A stretch of 64,000 nt of DNA, taken from Felis catus. Taxonomy: Eukaryota. Where the stretch lies: contig NC_058368.1 in assembly GCF_018350175.1 (NCBI RefSeq), forward strand, positions 212,290,001 through 212,354,000, in the 5' to 3' direction. Each line of letters opens with the position of its first letter. Position 1 is the stretch's first letter. Positions 27,021 to 38,599 of this stretch are shown in pieces. Made by a program: the position numbers and the translations under genes. A model generated the notes under the pieces. The model had not been told where the DNA came from. It worked only from the letters and a program-made list of their open reading frames with translations, and did no database searches.

Positions 27021-27911
27021 AAGGAAGAAGTTTTACTTACATGGGAAAGTCATTTATGTAATGCTTATAAATGTGAAATCATAATAAATCCTTTTCTCAG
27101 GATGGGGGTGGAAATGGATCATGCATATAAATAGTGAGTCTGTTAATACTGGCTTCATTTCCTGAGTAAACTGGGAATAATACTACTGCATAGGGGGCTG
27201 TGGGATGTTTGAAAGAGTGTAGAAAGTGGAAAATGCTATGTAATTGTAAGCTATCAAGATGATGACAATAAGGAGAAGTGAATGCATATACGCTCCCAAG
27301 AAAAGCCAAGAAAATTGAGAAGCACAAAATTTAAAAGACAGAAGAAACAGAAAAGAAGGCCATGGGTTAACTTCTCTGTCAGTGGTGAAGCAGCAGGACC
27401 GATCTACTTTCCAAAAGATAGAAAGCGATCATAGAGATTCTGCCTGGGATAGGAGAATGGTGACACTCTCCTATCACCATTCTATCCTATCCTGGGATAG
27501 GAGAATGGTGACATGCTCTTGTATCCTCATTTTTTTTCCTGTTCAATTCCATCATGAAGGAACACCACATCAGGACCTGCATTTAGGCCATTTTGTTTTA
27601 TTTTGTATCTGCCTTAGGTTGGACAAGTGGGGTTCTCTGCTGTTTTCCCTACTTTATGTGGTCAGGCTTCAATATTTTCCTTCCTCTTTTTAATCCTCTT
27701 GATGAACTTATACTTAAAAAATGAAAGTTGCTTGTTGTAGGAAGATTCCAGCTGGTTTCAATGAGGAAGCAAGACAAGTTGGCCATCACTTATGTCCAGA
27801 TCTCTCATGCATGTGCTGATTGAGTTTTTATATTTCTTCAAGTCACCCTGTATTGTGCAAAGGTGTTATGATGTCAGAATCCAATAAATAACCAGAAAAT
27901 GTGCTCTATTT

Positions 27912-28400
27912 CTTTCTTTTTTTTTTAAATTTTTTTTCAACTTTTATTTATTTATTTTTATTTATTTATTTATTTTTTAATTTTTTTTCAACGTTTATTT
28001 ATTTTTGGGACAGAGAGAGACAGAGCATGAACGGGGGAGGGGCAGAGAGAGAGGGAGACACAGAATCGGAAACAGGCTCCAGGCTCTGAGCCATCAGCAC
28101 AGAGCCCGACGCGGGGCTCGAACTCACGGACTGCAAGATCGTGACCTGGCTGAAGTTGGACGCTTAACCGACTGCGCCACCCAGGCGCCCCTCAACTTTT
28201 ATTTTATTTTTGGGACAGAGAGAGGGAGAGAGAGCATGAACGGGGGAGGGGCAAAGAGAGAGGGAGACACAGAATCGGAAGCAGGCTCCAGGCTCTGAGC
28301 CATCAGCCCAGAGCCTGACGCGGGGCTCGAACTCACAGACCGCGAGATCGTGACCTGGCTGAAGTCGGATGCTTAACCGACTGCGCCACCCAGGCGCCCC
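27912..28400 (-). mobile_element. Dimer of young CAN-SINEs
   Basis: Two units inside one TSD pair aaat(g/a)tgctctatttc. Confidence 0.9.
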
Positions 28401-28744
28401 AAATATGCTCTATTTCAATGTGGCAATTTCATATTCTCTTGTCTAATACTGGAAAAAAATGCATTTCTTGCATATTTTGATTACATTATAGTGCTGCCAG
28501 TCATATTATTGTGTTAAGGTGGTATCAGCGTTCCCATTATAAACTTTATCAGACTTTTGTCCCTTGGCTGTAAAATTCTGCCTGAAGTCTGACAATTGCT
28601 CTCAATCCCAGAACCATTTAGGAAAGAAGAAAATAAGTTATCTTAAATTGAGTAAAAAGTTAAAGAATGTAAATAACACCAAAACCCTCCAATTGTTCAA
28701 ATCTAGACGCTATTTTTCATCAACTCCAAACCATAAAGCACAAT

Positions 28745-29335
28745 TTTTTTAACATTTTTTTAACGTTTATTTATTTTTGAGATGGAGAGAGACAGAGCTT
28801 GAACGGGGGAGGGTCAGAGGGAGAGGGAGACACAGAATCCGAAACAGGCTCTGAGCTGTCAGCACAGAGCCCGATGCGGGGCTCGAACTCTCGGACAGCA
28901 AGATCATGACCTGAGCCGAAGTAGGACGCTTAACCGACTGAGCCACCCAGGCACCCCAGACACAATTTTTGAATTCAGTACATCTCTCCTTCTGTATGAC
29001 TTTGAATATACTTTAGAAGTTCATTTTTAGATCAGAGAAGGACATTTTATCTCTACAAATAAACCAAGTCAACATCTGGGTGAGAAAATAATTCTATTTT
29101 TAAAAACATCCTTGTTTTTTGGGGGGTGCCTGGGTGGCTCAGACGGTAGGCCTCCGACTTCGGCTCAGTTCATTATCTTGTGGCTCGTGAGTTCGAGCCC
29201 CGCATCAGGCTCTGTGCTGATGGCTCAGAGCCTGGAGCCTACTTTGGATTCTGTGTCTCTTTCTCTCTCTGTTCCTCCCCCACTCACACTCTGTCTCTCT
29301 CTCAAAAATAAATATTGAAAAAAATTTTTTAAAAA
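28745..29335. mobile_element. Two CAN-SINEs: 28745-28957 (-) and 29121-29335 (+)
   Basis: Consensus heads and tails; the second has TSD atccttgttttt. Confidence 0.88.
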
Positions 29336-31099
29336 ATCCTTGTTTTTAACAAAGTGTTGTAAAGTTTACACAGTGGAAGGGCAGACAACATAAGGGCCCG
29401 AGAGGAACTATTTGTGTGTGTTCTCATGCTTTCTTCAACCTTTGAGATGAACCCACAGAAATCCTGTTTCAGTTGCCTTTTCTTTCAAGTTACTTGTGGA
29501 TTTTTCCCTTTTTAAAGTTTTAGTTCAAATTCTACTTTTTACTTTAATAGCAAGGGACTTCTGGGGGTAGAAGTGAACAGAACAGAGATGCACATCAAAT
29601 TCACTTTATAAAAATGTCTCATTATAGCTTATCAGTAAGTGAGCCAGGGTGTTGTGGAAGTAAAATGCTTTTTCAGTTGAACTGTCTTTCTGGAAAACTT
29701 TAATTTTTAGCTGCCAATTTGTCTGTACTTCTCAGTTTTTAATCCACTGGCTCAATGATAACTTGGGTGACCCTAAGGCTTTTGTTGAATTTACTTTCAG
29801 AGATTAGGGCTTTAGTTGGGCACACTCCCCTGCTGGGTATATTTTCTGCTCTTACTGACTTCAAAGCAGACTGAGCACAGAGAGAGATAATAAGCATAGT
29901 GGAGACATCTGAGCCAAATTTGTGTCCAGAATATCGTGCCCAGGGTTCTTGGGATGAACTAGGCTATGTATGACTTTTAATCACCTTCAAAGCTGTGAAT
30001 AATAATAGTTGGTTTCAGTAAGTTAAATTTAAATTGAAAGCCAATCCGTTGATAAAATAGCAGATGTATTATGTGACCCTACACTAAATATGCTTCCTGA
30101 AAAAAATGACTTCATTCAATATTCTACAAGCAGGGTAAGGAATATGGGATGGGAAAGGGGATGAGAAGCCATCACCACCTTGCTGGGTAAGTTTCACTAA
30201 GTTGCTACACTTCTCTGAAAGTCAGTTTCTTTCTACATAAAAAAAAAGCAAGCTATCATAATAATAGTTGTTTTTTATAGTTTTGCAGGGATTGATTTTT
30301 TTTTTCTGGAAAGGGCCTGATAGCAACTATTATCAGCTTTATAAACCACATGGTCTCTGTCTCAAAAGCAGCCATTGGCACTATGTAAATGAATAGGTAT
30401 AGCTGTGCTCTGATCCAACTTTATTTACAAAAATTGATGGCCTGCAGGCCATAGTTTGCTGACTCCTGGTTTAATGCATGCTTGTATACTTCTGTGCCAG
30501 GAAGGCATTAACTACTTTACTTATAGTAGTACACCTAATGAGGTAGATACTATTATTGTCATCAGTTTTTGGATGAAGAAGCCAAAGCTCAGAGAGGTTA
30601 ATTCACTTCCCCAAGGACACAGTGCTAGTAAATAGCAGAGCTAAATTTTGGCATCAAGTCCACGTGCCTCGTCCTCACTCTTTTCTTTAGAGAGACTTGC
30701 CTTCTTACCTGAGAGATCTTCCACAAGGGAACTGCTGAGCCCCAGCAGTGTAGACTAGGGAACATGATCCAAATCTTAATAACTCCAACTGATGAGTGCC
30801 GCAAAATAGCATCAGATTAATTTGCCTCAGAACATATTTTCCAGATGATTCTTGGAATTTTGCTCAGTAATGTGGGTCAAAATAATTTTTTTTCTGATAT
30901 GCAACTATTCTTGTTTCACCCTCATTTTAGCTTCAAGGGGAAGGATTCTCCTTCTCTATGCATGTATTTAATAATTTTTCCACTTGTTTTTCTCCCTTGA
31001 AAGCAAGAGAAGAACTATTAAGATGTACTATCTATTTAGTTCTGCATTTCTCTTTTTAAGTGGGAAAACTCAAAGCATATTTTCTTTTATCCTGTAAGA

Positions 31100-32075
31100 G
31101 AAAAAAAAAATGGAAACAATGAGAAAGCCTTGGCAAGTACCATAGAGATGAATTGTAACTCAACATGAATGTCATTCCCATCCTCTTCTGTGATTTCACA
31201 ACCATTGAAAGACTTGCATTTTTAACTGTATGGCATTTGTAATGTGGAAAATTATATGCATTTTTACAATAAGGTTGTTGGATTGTTACTCAGGCAGAAC
31301 AGCTCATTTGGCAAGGCTTAGAGGTATATTGAGAATCCAACTTGGTTTATCTCCATCAGGCAGGGGAGAGCTCCCCCAACATCTCATGTTTTCCAACTGG
31401 CTCTGCCTGGCTCCCAGGGCAGGCAAGGACTGAATAAGAAAACAGTAGAGTATTGACTGGAGAGTTCCCACATTTTCAGTGTGATAGAAGGAATCAGCTG
31501 TCAAATGTTTCTATAGATTGGCTGTGATCTGATGCCCTTCACAACTCTCCTTTTAGATTTCCCAGGAGATCTTATCAGAGGGCCTCTGAAAGGGAACATA
31601 GGCTTAAAGAAAGGTCTGTAATGTATCGAAGATTCCCAATGAACTTGACCTAAGCAGGGTGAACTTCTTCTTTTCAAAGGTTACCTCTTAACCAATCAGG
31701 GCTGGAAGGGCACAAACAGACCCTAAGGTCTGGACTTCTAAGACAAAGTACACATACATACCCATGCAAGTATGTGTCCTTGCTGGGATGCCTGGGGCAT
31801 CCTTTATGATGGGGCCATTCTGGCTGCCAAAGCCTCATGAGCTTGCCCTGGTGTTTGGATTGATTAGAATTATGAATGTTTTGTGGACAGTAAGCCTCTT
31901 TGGAAATTCTTTGAAGGTCTTCTTGATGAATTCTGTTGAAGGTCTGATTCAACCAAACTAGTATTTATAGTTTATTTTCTGGGAGTAGAGATGCAAGGTG
32001 CATAGTTGCCACTCACATCATCATCAGGCACTAATTAGGGACCCATTTGGGGACAACACTGTATAGCAGTGCCAT
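31100..32075 (-). pseudogene. TRIM60/75-like unit 14 (compact, least interrupted)
   Basis: GNYAPCISTPRK; FIKKTFKEFPK; B-box CPRH...VCVLCLRSPDLRVCLCP (31707-31799, in the ORF track); LSSQYS; SPRY PALGARQ..RCW..GDKPSWIL (31331-31354) vs GNKPKWIL. Confidence 0.8.
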
Positions 32076-32199
32076 CACCTCTCTTTCCAGAGTCTCTCAC
32101 TGCCAGGAATTTCCACATTTTAGGTCCCGATGATGAACCCTCATTTTTATGTCTCACTGAAGCCTGGCTTTTCCAGTCTTGCTACATATCTCTGTATCT

Positions 32200-33735
32200 T
32201 ACTCATTTCTTGTTGCTTGTGTTGGCATAAAGTGCATTGTTTTTAGAAAAATTAATCTTCCATTTTTTTAATTGTAATTAGATCTGAAGGGGGAAAAACT
32301 AGATAAAATTTCTCATTGCTTTTTTTGTCCAACAAAGGAATACCAACTGAATCAGATACTAGGTTGAATTATGGTTCTCTAGGAGAAGCAATTAGTGTGT
32401 ATAACGTTAAGGTGCATTGTTTCATTAGAGATAACATTAAACTTTTGAAGACTAATGTTTCAAGGAGAACTTCTTACAAATGAAGTAGAAAGTACATATT
32501 AATAATAACAGGATATAGAACACATGTAAACCACTTCATCTCTTTATAGAGATACCAGGACAAAGATGTAATGTTTGAATTCTTAAATTGTCTGGAGTGT
32601 TCAATTAATTATCTACGTATTGATGTAGAATTGATCTTCTAGGAAGTTATAGGGGTGATTTTTATTATTATTCATAGAGAGGGATAATTACACACTTTTT
32701 TTTTCATTTCTGGTAAAACTTATTTTGCTGAAACAAGTGAAAGATGCATTAAGATTAATACCACTTCCTCCCTAATAAAAATATTTTTTCTGTTTATAAT
32801 AATAATGTATATTCACCCTATAACATTTGGAAATAGATAATATCATATGAAATTATATAAAAATATTCATAATCCTATTTCCCATAATAACCACTGTTAC
32901 CACTTTTGGTGTATTTTCTTCCAGTCCTTATACTTGCATATGTATACCAGTATGCATATATCAGTGAGGAGCAGTAAGAATATTAACGGAAATTTAACTG
33001 GATTATGTCCTCATCTGCATAGTTCCAGCCTCCAACTACAGCCTTCTAGCTCCACTTCACGCCAATTACTTTTGGGAGTCTCTGGGGGTGTCCCATATGA
33101 ACTCATCAATAGTTTCTCATGTGCTGTTTTATTTCTCTCATTGTCTTCTGCCCTTGCTTCCTGCTCACTGTGGAATCCTCAAAATCTAGAAGAATGGCTG
33201 ACACAGAGATCTATTCAATAAACTTTTACGGAGGTGTTCAATACATGAAAGGACTCCTTGGAGGATATGCTCCAACAGTGTCCCAACTGCTGGCACTCTT
33301 TCTGAGTAAGTGCTGTCTGTTAAGTGTTGTCTTCTCATGCTCTTCCTAATTTTTTCACTGTACTGAGGGGATGCTTCACACAGAGGTGTGGAGAAGGCTC
33401 TGCTTCCTAGCTCTCTGCTGCACTTTGTCACCTAAAACATCAATGCCTCACTGAGCAGGTCCCCACGTCTCATGGAGTCCCTTTGAAAACATTTCCTTTG
33501 GGTTCTACCTGCCGTCCCCTCTTCACTGGACTCAGAAATAGGGTTGGGGATGATATCTGAAACAGATGCCATCATGTCTCATCCAGTTTGGTGTCCTACT
33601 TCTCTTCTCTCCCAACATTTTGATTCCAGAGAAATTCGGTTATAAGAGAGAAAAGAAATTACACAGTTGGTACTCAGCAAATCTGTTTAGAAGACTTGAA
33701 CAGTTGGCAAATCACCTCAATGCCTTAGGGATGTG
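32200..33735 (-). pseudogene. TRIM60/75-like unit 13
   Basis: RING SLR/IEVICQLF..F*TDLLSTNC..KCWE (33605-33735); PLCEASPQY and HILQGVLSCIEHLRK (ORF 33186-33431); EHSRQF; EKFYL. Confidence 0.65.
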
Positions 33736-36619
33736 TTTTGCCTGAGAAATGCCTGAGGAAGTGGGAGAGGACAATACTATCTTAATTTCCACCTTGACTA
33801 TCACTCTGTGATAGTGGTACTAAGTAATGTATTAGATTTGTACTTGCCTCTCTGCATTTTTTTAACCTCAAATAGATCATCTACCTTCTTCATATTTTTC
33901 CTTCTAGAATCAATACCTGTCTTCCATCCCACAATTTCATTCTCTCTCTACACATATGTATGCACATACATACCTCGGACGGATCACCTCCATTCTTAAT
34001 AGACTGATAGGATAAGATATGGCTTCTCTCTTTCTCTCTTTTTTCCAGGCAATCATTCTAAGAAGCTCACAATATTAGTGAGCTGACTTCCCTCAGCTCT
34101 TTCCTGAAAATGTCTTGTCAATGGATCTTTTTTAGGTTTTGATGAAATTTTCATATATCGAGTTTATTTATTTATTTAATTCAATTTTTTGAATTATATA
34201 ATCAGATTCATTTTTCTTATGATCCATTAATTCATTCACTGATGCTAGACTCATTTCTTGATATTCAGGGAAAATGTAGCTTGTGCAAGACAAGGAATCA
34301 AGTCCATTTTAATATTCAAGATCAAATACTAAAGGGAAAGAAGTGATGAAATTTTCAGTTTTAGTAACACAATGATTGTTTTTATTCCTAACACTTTTGT
34401 GTGTGGGGATTTTTTGAATTCATAAATTGAATCATAAAGATTATGGCTTTTGGGACTGGCAGCTCCAAGGGTGCCTGAGAGCTTGGGGATACCTTTCACC
34501 TTTAGCAAAGCTGCTCTGAAAGGCCCTGAGCCAGGAGGGTATTTTGCAGTTGCAGATTGAAAAACAAAAGTAGGGACAATATCCAGAAAAGAAGGTAATC
34601 TGGGACTCCTCAGAGTGATTTTGAAAACTATCCCAAGTCTTATTTTTATTCTTTCCCTACATGAACTCAGTTCCTGGCTCATATCAGATGCTTTCCTGCC
34701 TGTCTCCTCTCATGTCATTCCTGACTTGGCACCAAGGCCATGGGAAAGTTACCACAGCCCTTTCAATCCCTTTCTTGAAGCCACCTGTGATCTTTAAGGC
34801 CTGCCTTGAGTTCCTTTTCTTAGTTGCCTACTCTGACTATTCCAGCTTCCTTCACCTGATCACCTCCAGATTTTGTAATCTGTCTTACACTATTTATCAG
34901 TTAGCTAATATTTGGTATTGGTCCAAGTTATTGACTTGGAGTCAAGACATTTATGCTTTAGCCCAAGTTCATTTACTAGGTAGATGTCCTTAAGTCATAT
35001 CACCTTTCTGACTTTTCTGGATCTTAGTTTTCTCATTAAAAAAACCAGAGGGGTAGGTAGATCATCTCTAAGATGCCTTTAGTTCAATTCTATTACTTCT
35101 GTTGTTCAAATAGATTTTAATTGCACATAGAACCATGTCAGACCCTTCTATCTTTAATATGCTTAGCTGGCTACTGTATGCAAAGGTGAACTCAGTAAAT
35201 GAATTATAAGTAGATTTCAAACCCCCGGAAAGTGCAACTATTTTAATTTTTATTCTAATATAAAAAGGGGAACTAATATCAAACATTTATTGTTGTGTTT
35301 TGGATGTGGTCTACAATTAGCCCCGAGGTTTCCTTTACTTCCTGTATCTGATAGGATTGTAAAATGAGAATTGGTGGTCAGAAGATGCCTCTGAAATCCT
35401 ATACAATTTTAAGTATGTCTTCCTGCATGGCAAAAGTTATCCGCTGGGGCAGCTTTGTCTGTCTAGAGATACATAGCAATGACTAGATATTTTTTATTCT
35501 CAAAGTTGAAGAAGGGCTGCTGGCATTTAGTGGGAAGAGGCAAGAGATGCCAACACACATTCTACAATGTACAGGACAGCCTCTTACAACAAAGAATTCT
35601 TTGGTCCCATATGTCATTAGTGCCAAGGTTGAGAAACTCTGCTATATGGCATACCTATTAGGGACAGAGATTATATCTTATTCATATTTGCATATTTGTT
35701 CCCTAGAGATCAACACTCACATCCCCTCCAAGACTTACCTAATTCTGTCAGTCTGATTTTAATATTGGGTACATTTGTGAAACTACAATTGTTTCAAAGT
35801 TGACCATTTATGTGGACCTCTCATTTGGTAATTTTTAAATTATTAAAGTATAAAATTAACTAGAACAATCACCATTCTAACAAATAAGATGTGGCATCAA
35901 ACCTTTAACACAATAATTCTCCAAATATTGAGCCTACATAATGCTATTCACAAATAATATCTTCTTTTTATAGTGAACTCACTGAAATCAACATTTCTCC
36001 CTGGAGTCAGTTTATGGCACCTAAATTGCATGACTACGAAGCACATTGCAAGATCTGAAGGTCAAAGAGTAATGATATCCAGTTTTTCTGTAACTGAATT
36101 AGTGAAGATAGAAAGAGAGACATTTGGTGCTATACCTCAAATGTTAATATTTTCATCCTTCCAACTTTATCTTTGGGTGTAGCATTTTTTAAAACTATTT
36201 GCGAATTTATGTAGGTTGCATTATTTGCCAATTGAAGGTGCAAACATTTCGAAGATGCTAGTTCCCAGACTGATTGATCCATTCAACCAATTATGTATAA
36301 AGTGACCACATGTAGAAGGTCTTCTATGGTAGATAAAGATGCAAGAATGAGGAATCTTTTCTCTAGCCAATGTACGGTCAATCAGGACAGGGAAGACTTA
36401 TCTCTATATATCTATAATATAAAAAACAAAAAGTTTATAAGACAGATGCAAATAAAGATCTAGTTCATAGGAGGGGATATTGTTTCCCACTAGTGGGAGT
36501 TTTTTTTCGGGGGGGCAGGATAAGTCAGGAAGTTTGGAATCAGGAAATATGGACAATCTGTACAGAGAAAGTACTCAGTAGTCTTTGCAGTTCCTGGCCA
36601 ATAACAAAAGCACCATTTG

Positions 36620-37288
36620 TGGGAATACAAACTGGTGTAGCTACTCTGGAAAACAGTATGGAGGTTCCTTAAAAAACTAAAAATAGAACTACCCTATGAC
36701 CCAGCAATTGCCCTACTAGCTGTTTATCCAAAGGATACAAAAATGCTCATTTGAAAGGGCACGTGCACCCTGATGTTTAGCAGTGCTGTCAACAATAGCC
36801 AAATTATGGAAAGAGCCCAAATGTCCATTGGCTGATGAATGGATAAAGAAGATGTGGTATATCTATATAATGGAATATTACTCAGTGATCAAAAAGAATG
36901 AAATCTTGCCATTTGCAAAAAAGTGGATGGAACTTGAGTGTATTATGTGAAGTGAAATAAGTCAGGGAAAGACAAATATATGATTTCACTCATACGTGGA
37001 ATTTAAGAAACACAACTGATGAACATAGGGGAAGGGAAGGAAAAATAAGATAAAAACAGAGAGAGAGGCAAACCATAAGAGACTCTTGAATACAGAGAAT
37101 AAACTGAGAGTTGCTGAGAAGTGGGTGGGGGGTAGGCTAAAAGGGTAATAGGCATTCATTATAGGGGGCACTTGTTAGGATGAGCACTGGGTGTTGTATG
37201 CAAGTGATGAACCACTGGGTTCTACTTTTGAAACCAATAGTACACTGTATGTTAATTAACTTGAATTTAAATAAGTAAATAGATAAAT
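36620..37288 (+). mobile_element. Carnivore LINE-1 3' end
   Basis: atagaactaccctatgacccagcaatt...; A-rich tail; TSD agcacc(a/g)ttt. Confidence 0.9.
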
Positions 37289-37889
37289 AGCACCGTTTAT
37301 TTGTGTGTGGAACTCCTTAGAGCCTTTAATATTGTAAGTGAACCTCAAGAGAAGATTATGCAGGACATCTCAAATTTATTAGTACACGTGTCACTTTATT
37401 TATTTGTCAGGATTAGAATTCCTTAAGACACATTCCAGAAAATGTCATTCTACTCTGAAAGAACTGAGTGAATGTAGAAGAAGGCAGGCCTTTGGCTATC
37501 TTACAGCACATTTGGGGAAGGGGAAAGGACGTAACAATTCTCATGTGACAGGAATTGTGCTGCATTTTGTACATTACCGATCCTGTGGGCCACTATAAAG
37601 TCTCAGCCCAAGGGAAGGGTTGGTCTAGAGACCAGAGTTGAGCAGAGAAAGGCCTCAAGACTTTTGGGTGCTATGTAGGATTATACATATCTGTTTCATG
37701 TCTTCATTGTAAACCAGAAATCTGGTTTAGTTTTCTATTAACATGCAGACTGCTACGTCACTTCCCCTGTTCCTTACCTGCCACTGAACAGGAACAGTAT
37801 ATGAAGAGAAGGTTCTAGCCCCCCACTCCACCCCATTTTTCCATTTCCAGATCAGGGATTTAATCTTAGGGATTATACTTTGTTTTTCT

Positions 37890-38110
37890 TTCTTTTTTTT
37901 TTTTTTTTTTTTAGTGTTTATTTCTGAGACAGAGAGAGACAGAGCATGACTGGGGGAGGGGCAGAGAGAGAGGGAGACACAGAATCAGTAGTAGGCTCCA
38001 GGCTCTGAGCTGTCAGCACAGAGTCTGATGTGGGGCTTGAACTCACAAACCGTGAGATCATGACTTGAGCTGAAGTCAGTTGCTCAACTGACTGAGCCAC
38101 CCAGGCGCCC
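37890..38110 (-). mobile_element. CAN-SINE
   Basis: TSD tactttgtttttcttt. Confidence 0.9.
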
Positions 38111-38599
38111 CTACTTTGTTTTTCTTTTACAAATAAAATACTGTCACACTTTTGAAAGAGGTACACAGTGCTTCTTTAATTGTAAGTAATTGTTTCATAT
38201 GTTTGGCAATAAAGGCCACTTGGAATTGAGGGGTCTCTAGATCAAAATGTGGATCTCATTCTGATAACATCAAAGCCTCCCCTGTCCTCTCCAGAAGGCA
38301 GAGCAGACATGTCAGCTTGATCCAACATGTACTTTTCTTGCAACAAATGGGTTATTTATTGTTGTTGCACACACTGACAAGCAATGAGACAAGGCAGGGA
38401 CTAGGGAAGCATCTTGCCAAATGACTGCCTCCTCTAGACATCTGTTTGGGAACATTATAAAATCATAGAATGCCAGAGTTGGAAGGACCTTGTGGCCCAA
38501 ATAAAAGAAACCAGCTCCCCTAGACAATAAAGGAGGATACTGAGGTTTCTCAGAAAGCTTGTGACCTGTCTTAATCAGGCCATAAAGGCAGATTTTGGA

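Larger units (their letters stand above)
24750..27790 (-). pseudogene. TRIM60/75-like unit 16 (split by L1)
   Basis: MANL..IETSW; PTCPT; B-box LSIFWKVDR/VLL (~27395-27427); FHFLHS..NEASINRL; SPRY LKRFHF, DKP/RW (~24960-25085). Confidence 0.55.
27850..30870 (-). pseudogene. TRIM60/75-like unit 15
   Basis: RING AKFQESS/IC..LFCG, *DLDH/FPSLHC (30745-30865) vs WKDLDDTFPCPVC; LCAQS..VCPTK; IIEPV, RKTVQLKKH, SEFD (~29590-29760); FFFP/MVLG..TSGR (~28575-28632). Confidence 0.7.
33950..38445 (-). pseudogene. TRIM60/75-like unit 12 (possibly two partially deleted units)
   Basis: RING SHCLSVC..NNPF; B-box VCML..LVYNEDMKQICIILHSTQ (~37670-37755); QFLSHEN; second coiled-coil piece KDENINI (~36140-36165); SPRY KWT..WIIRK/NESDYI, ELREVS (~34070-34310). 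Confidence 0.6.
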
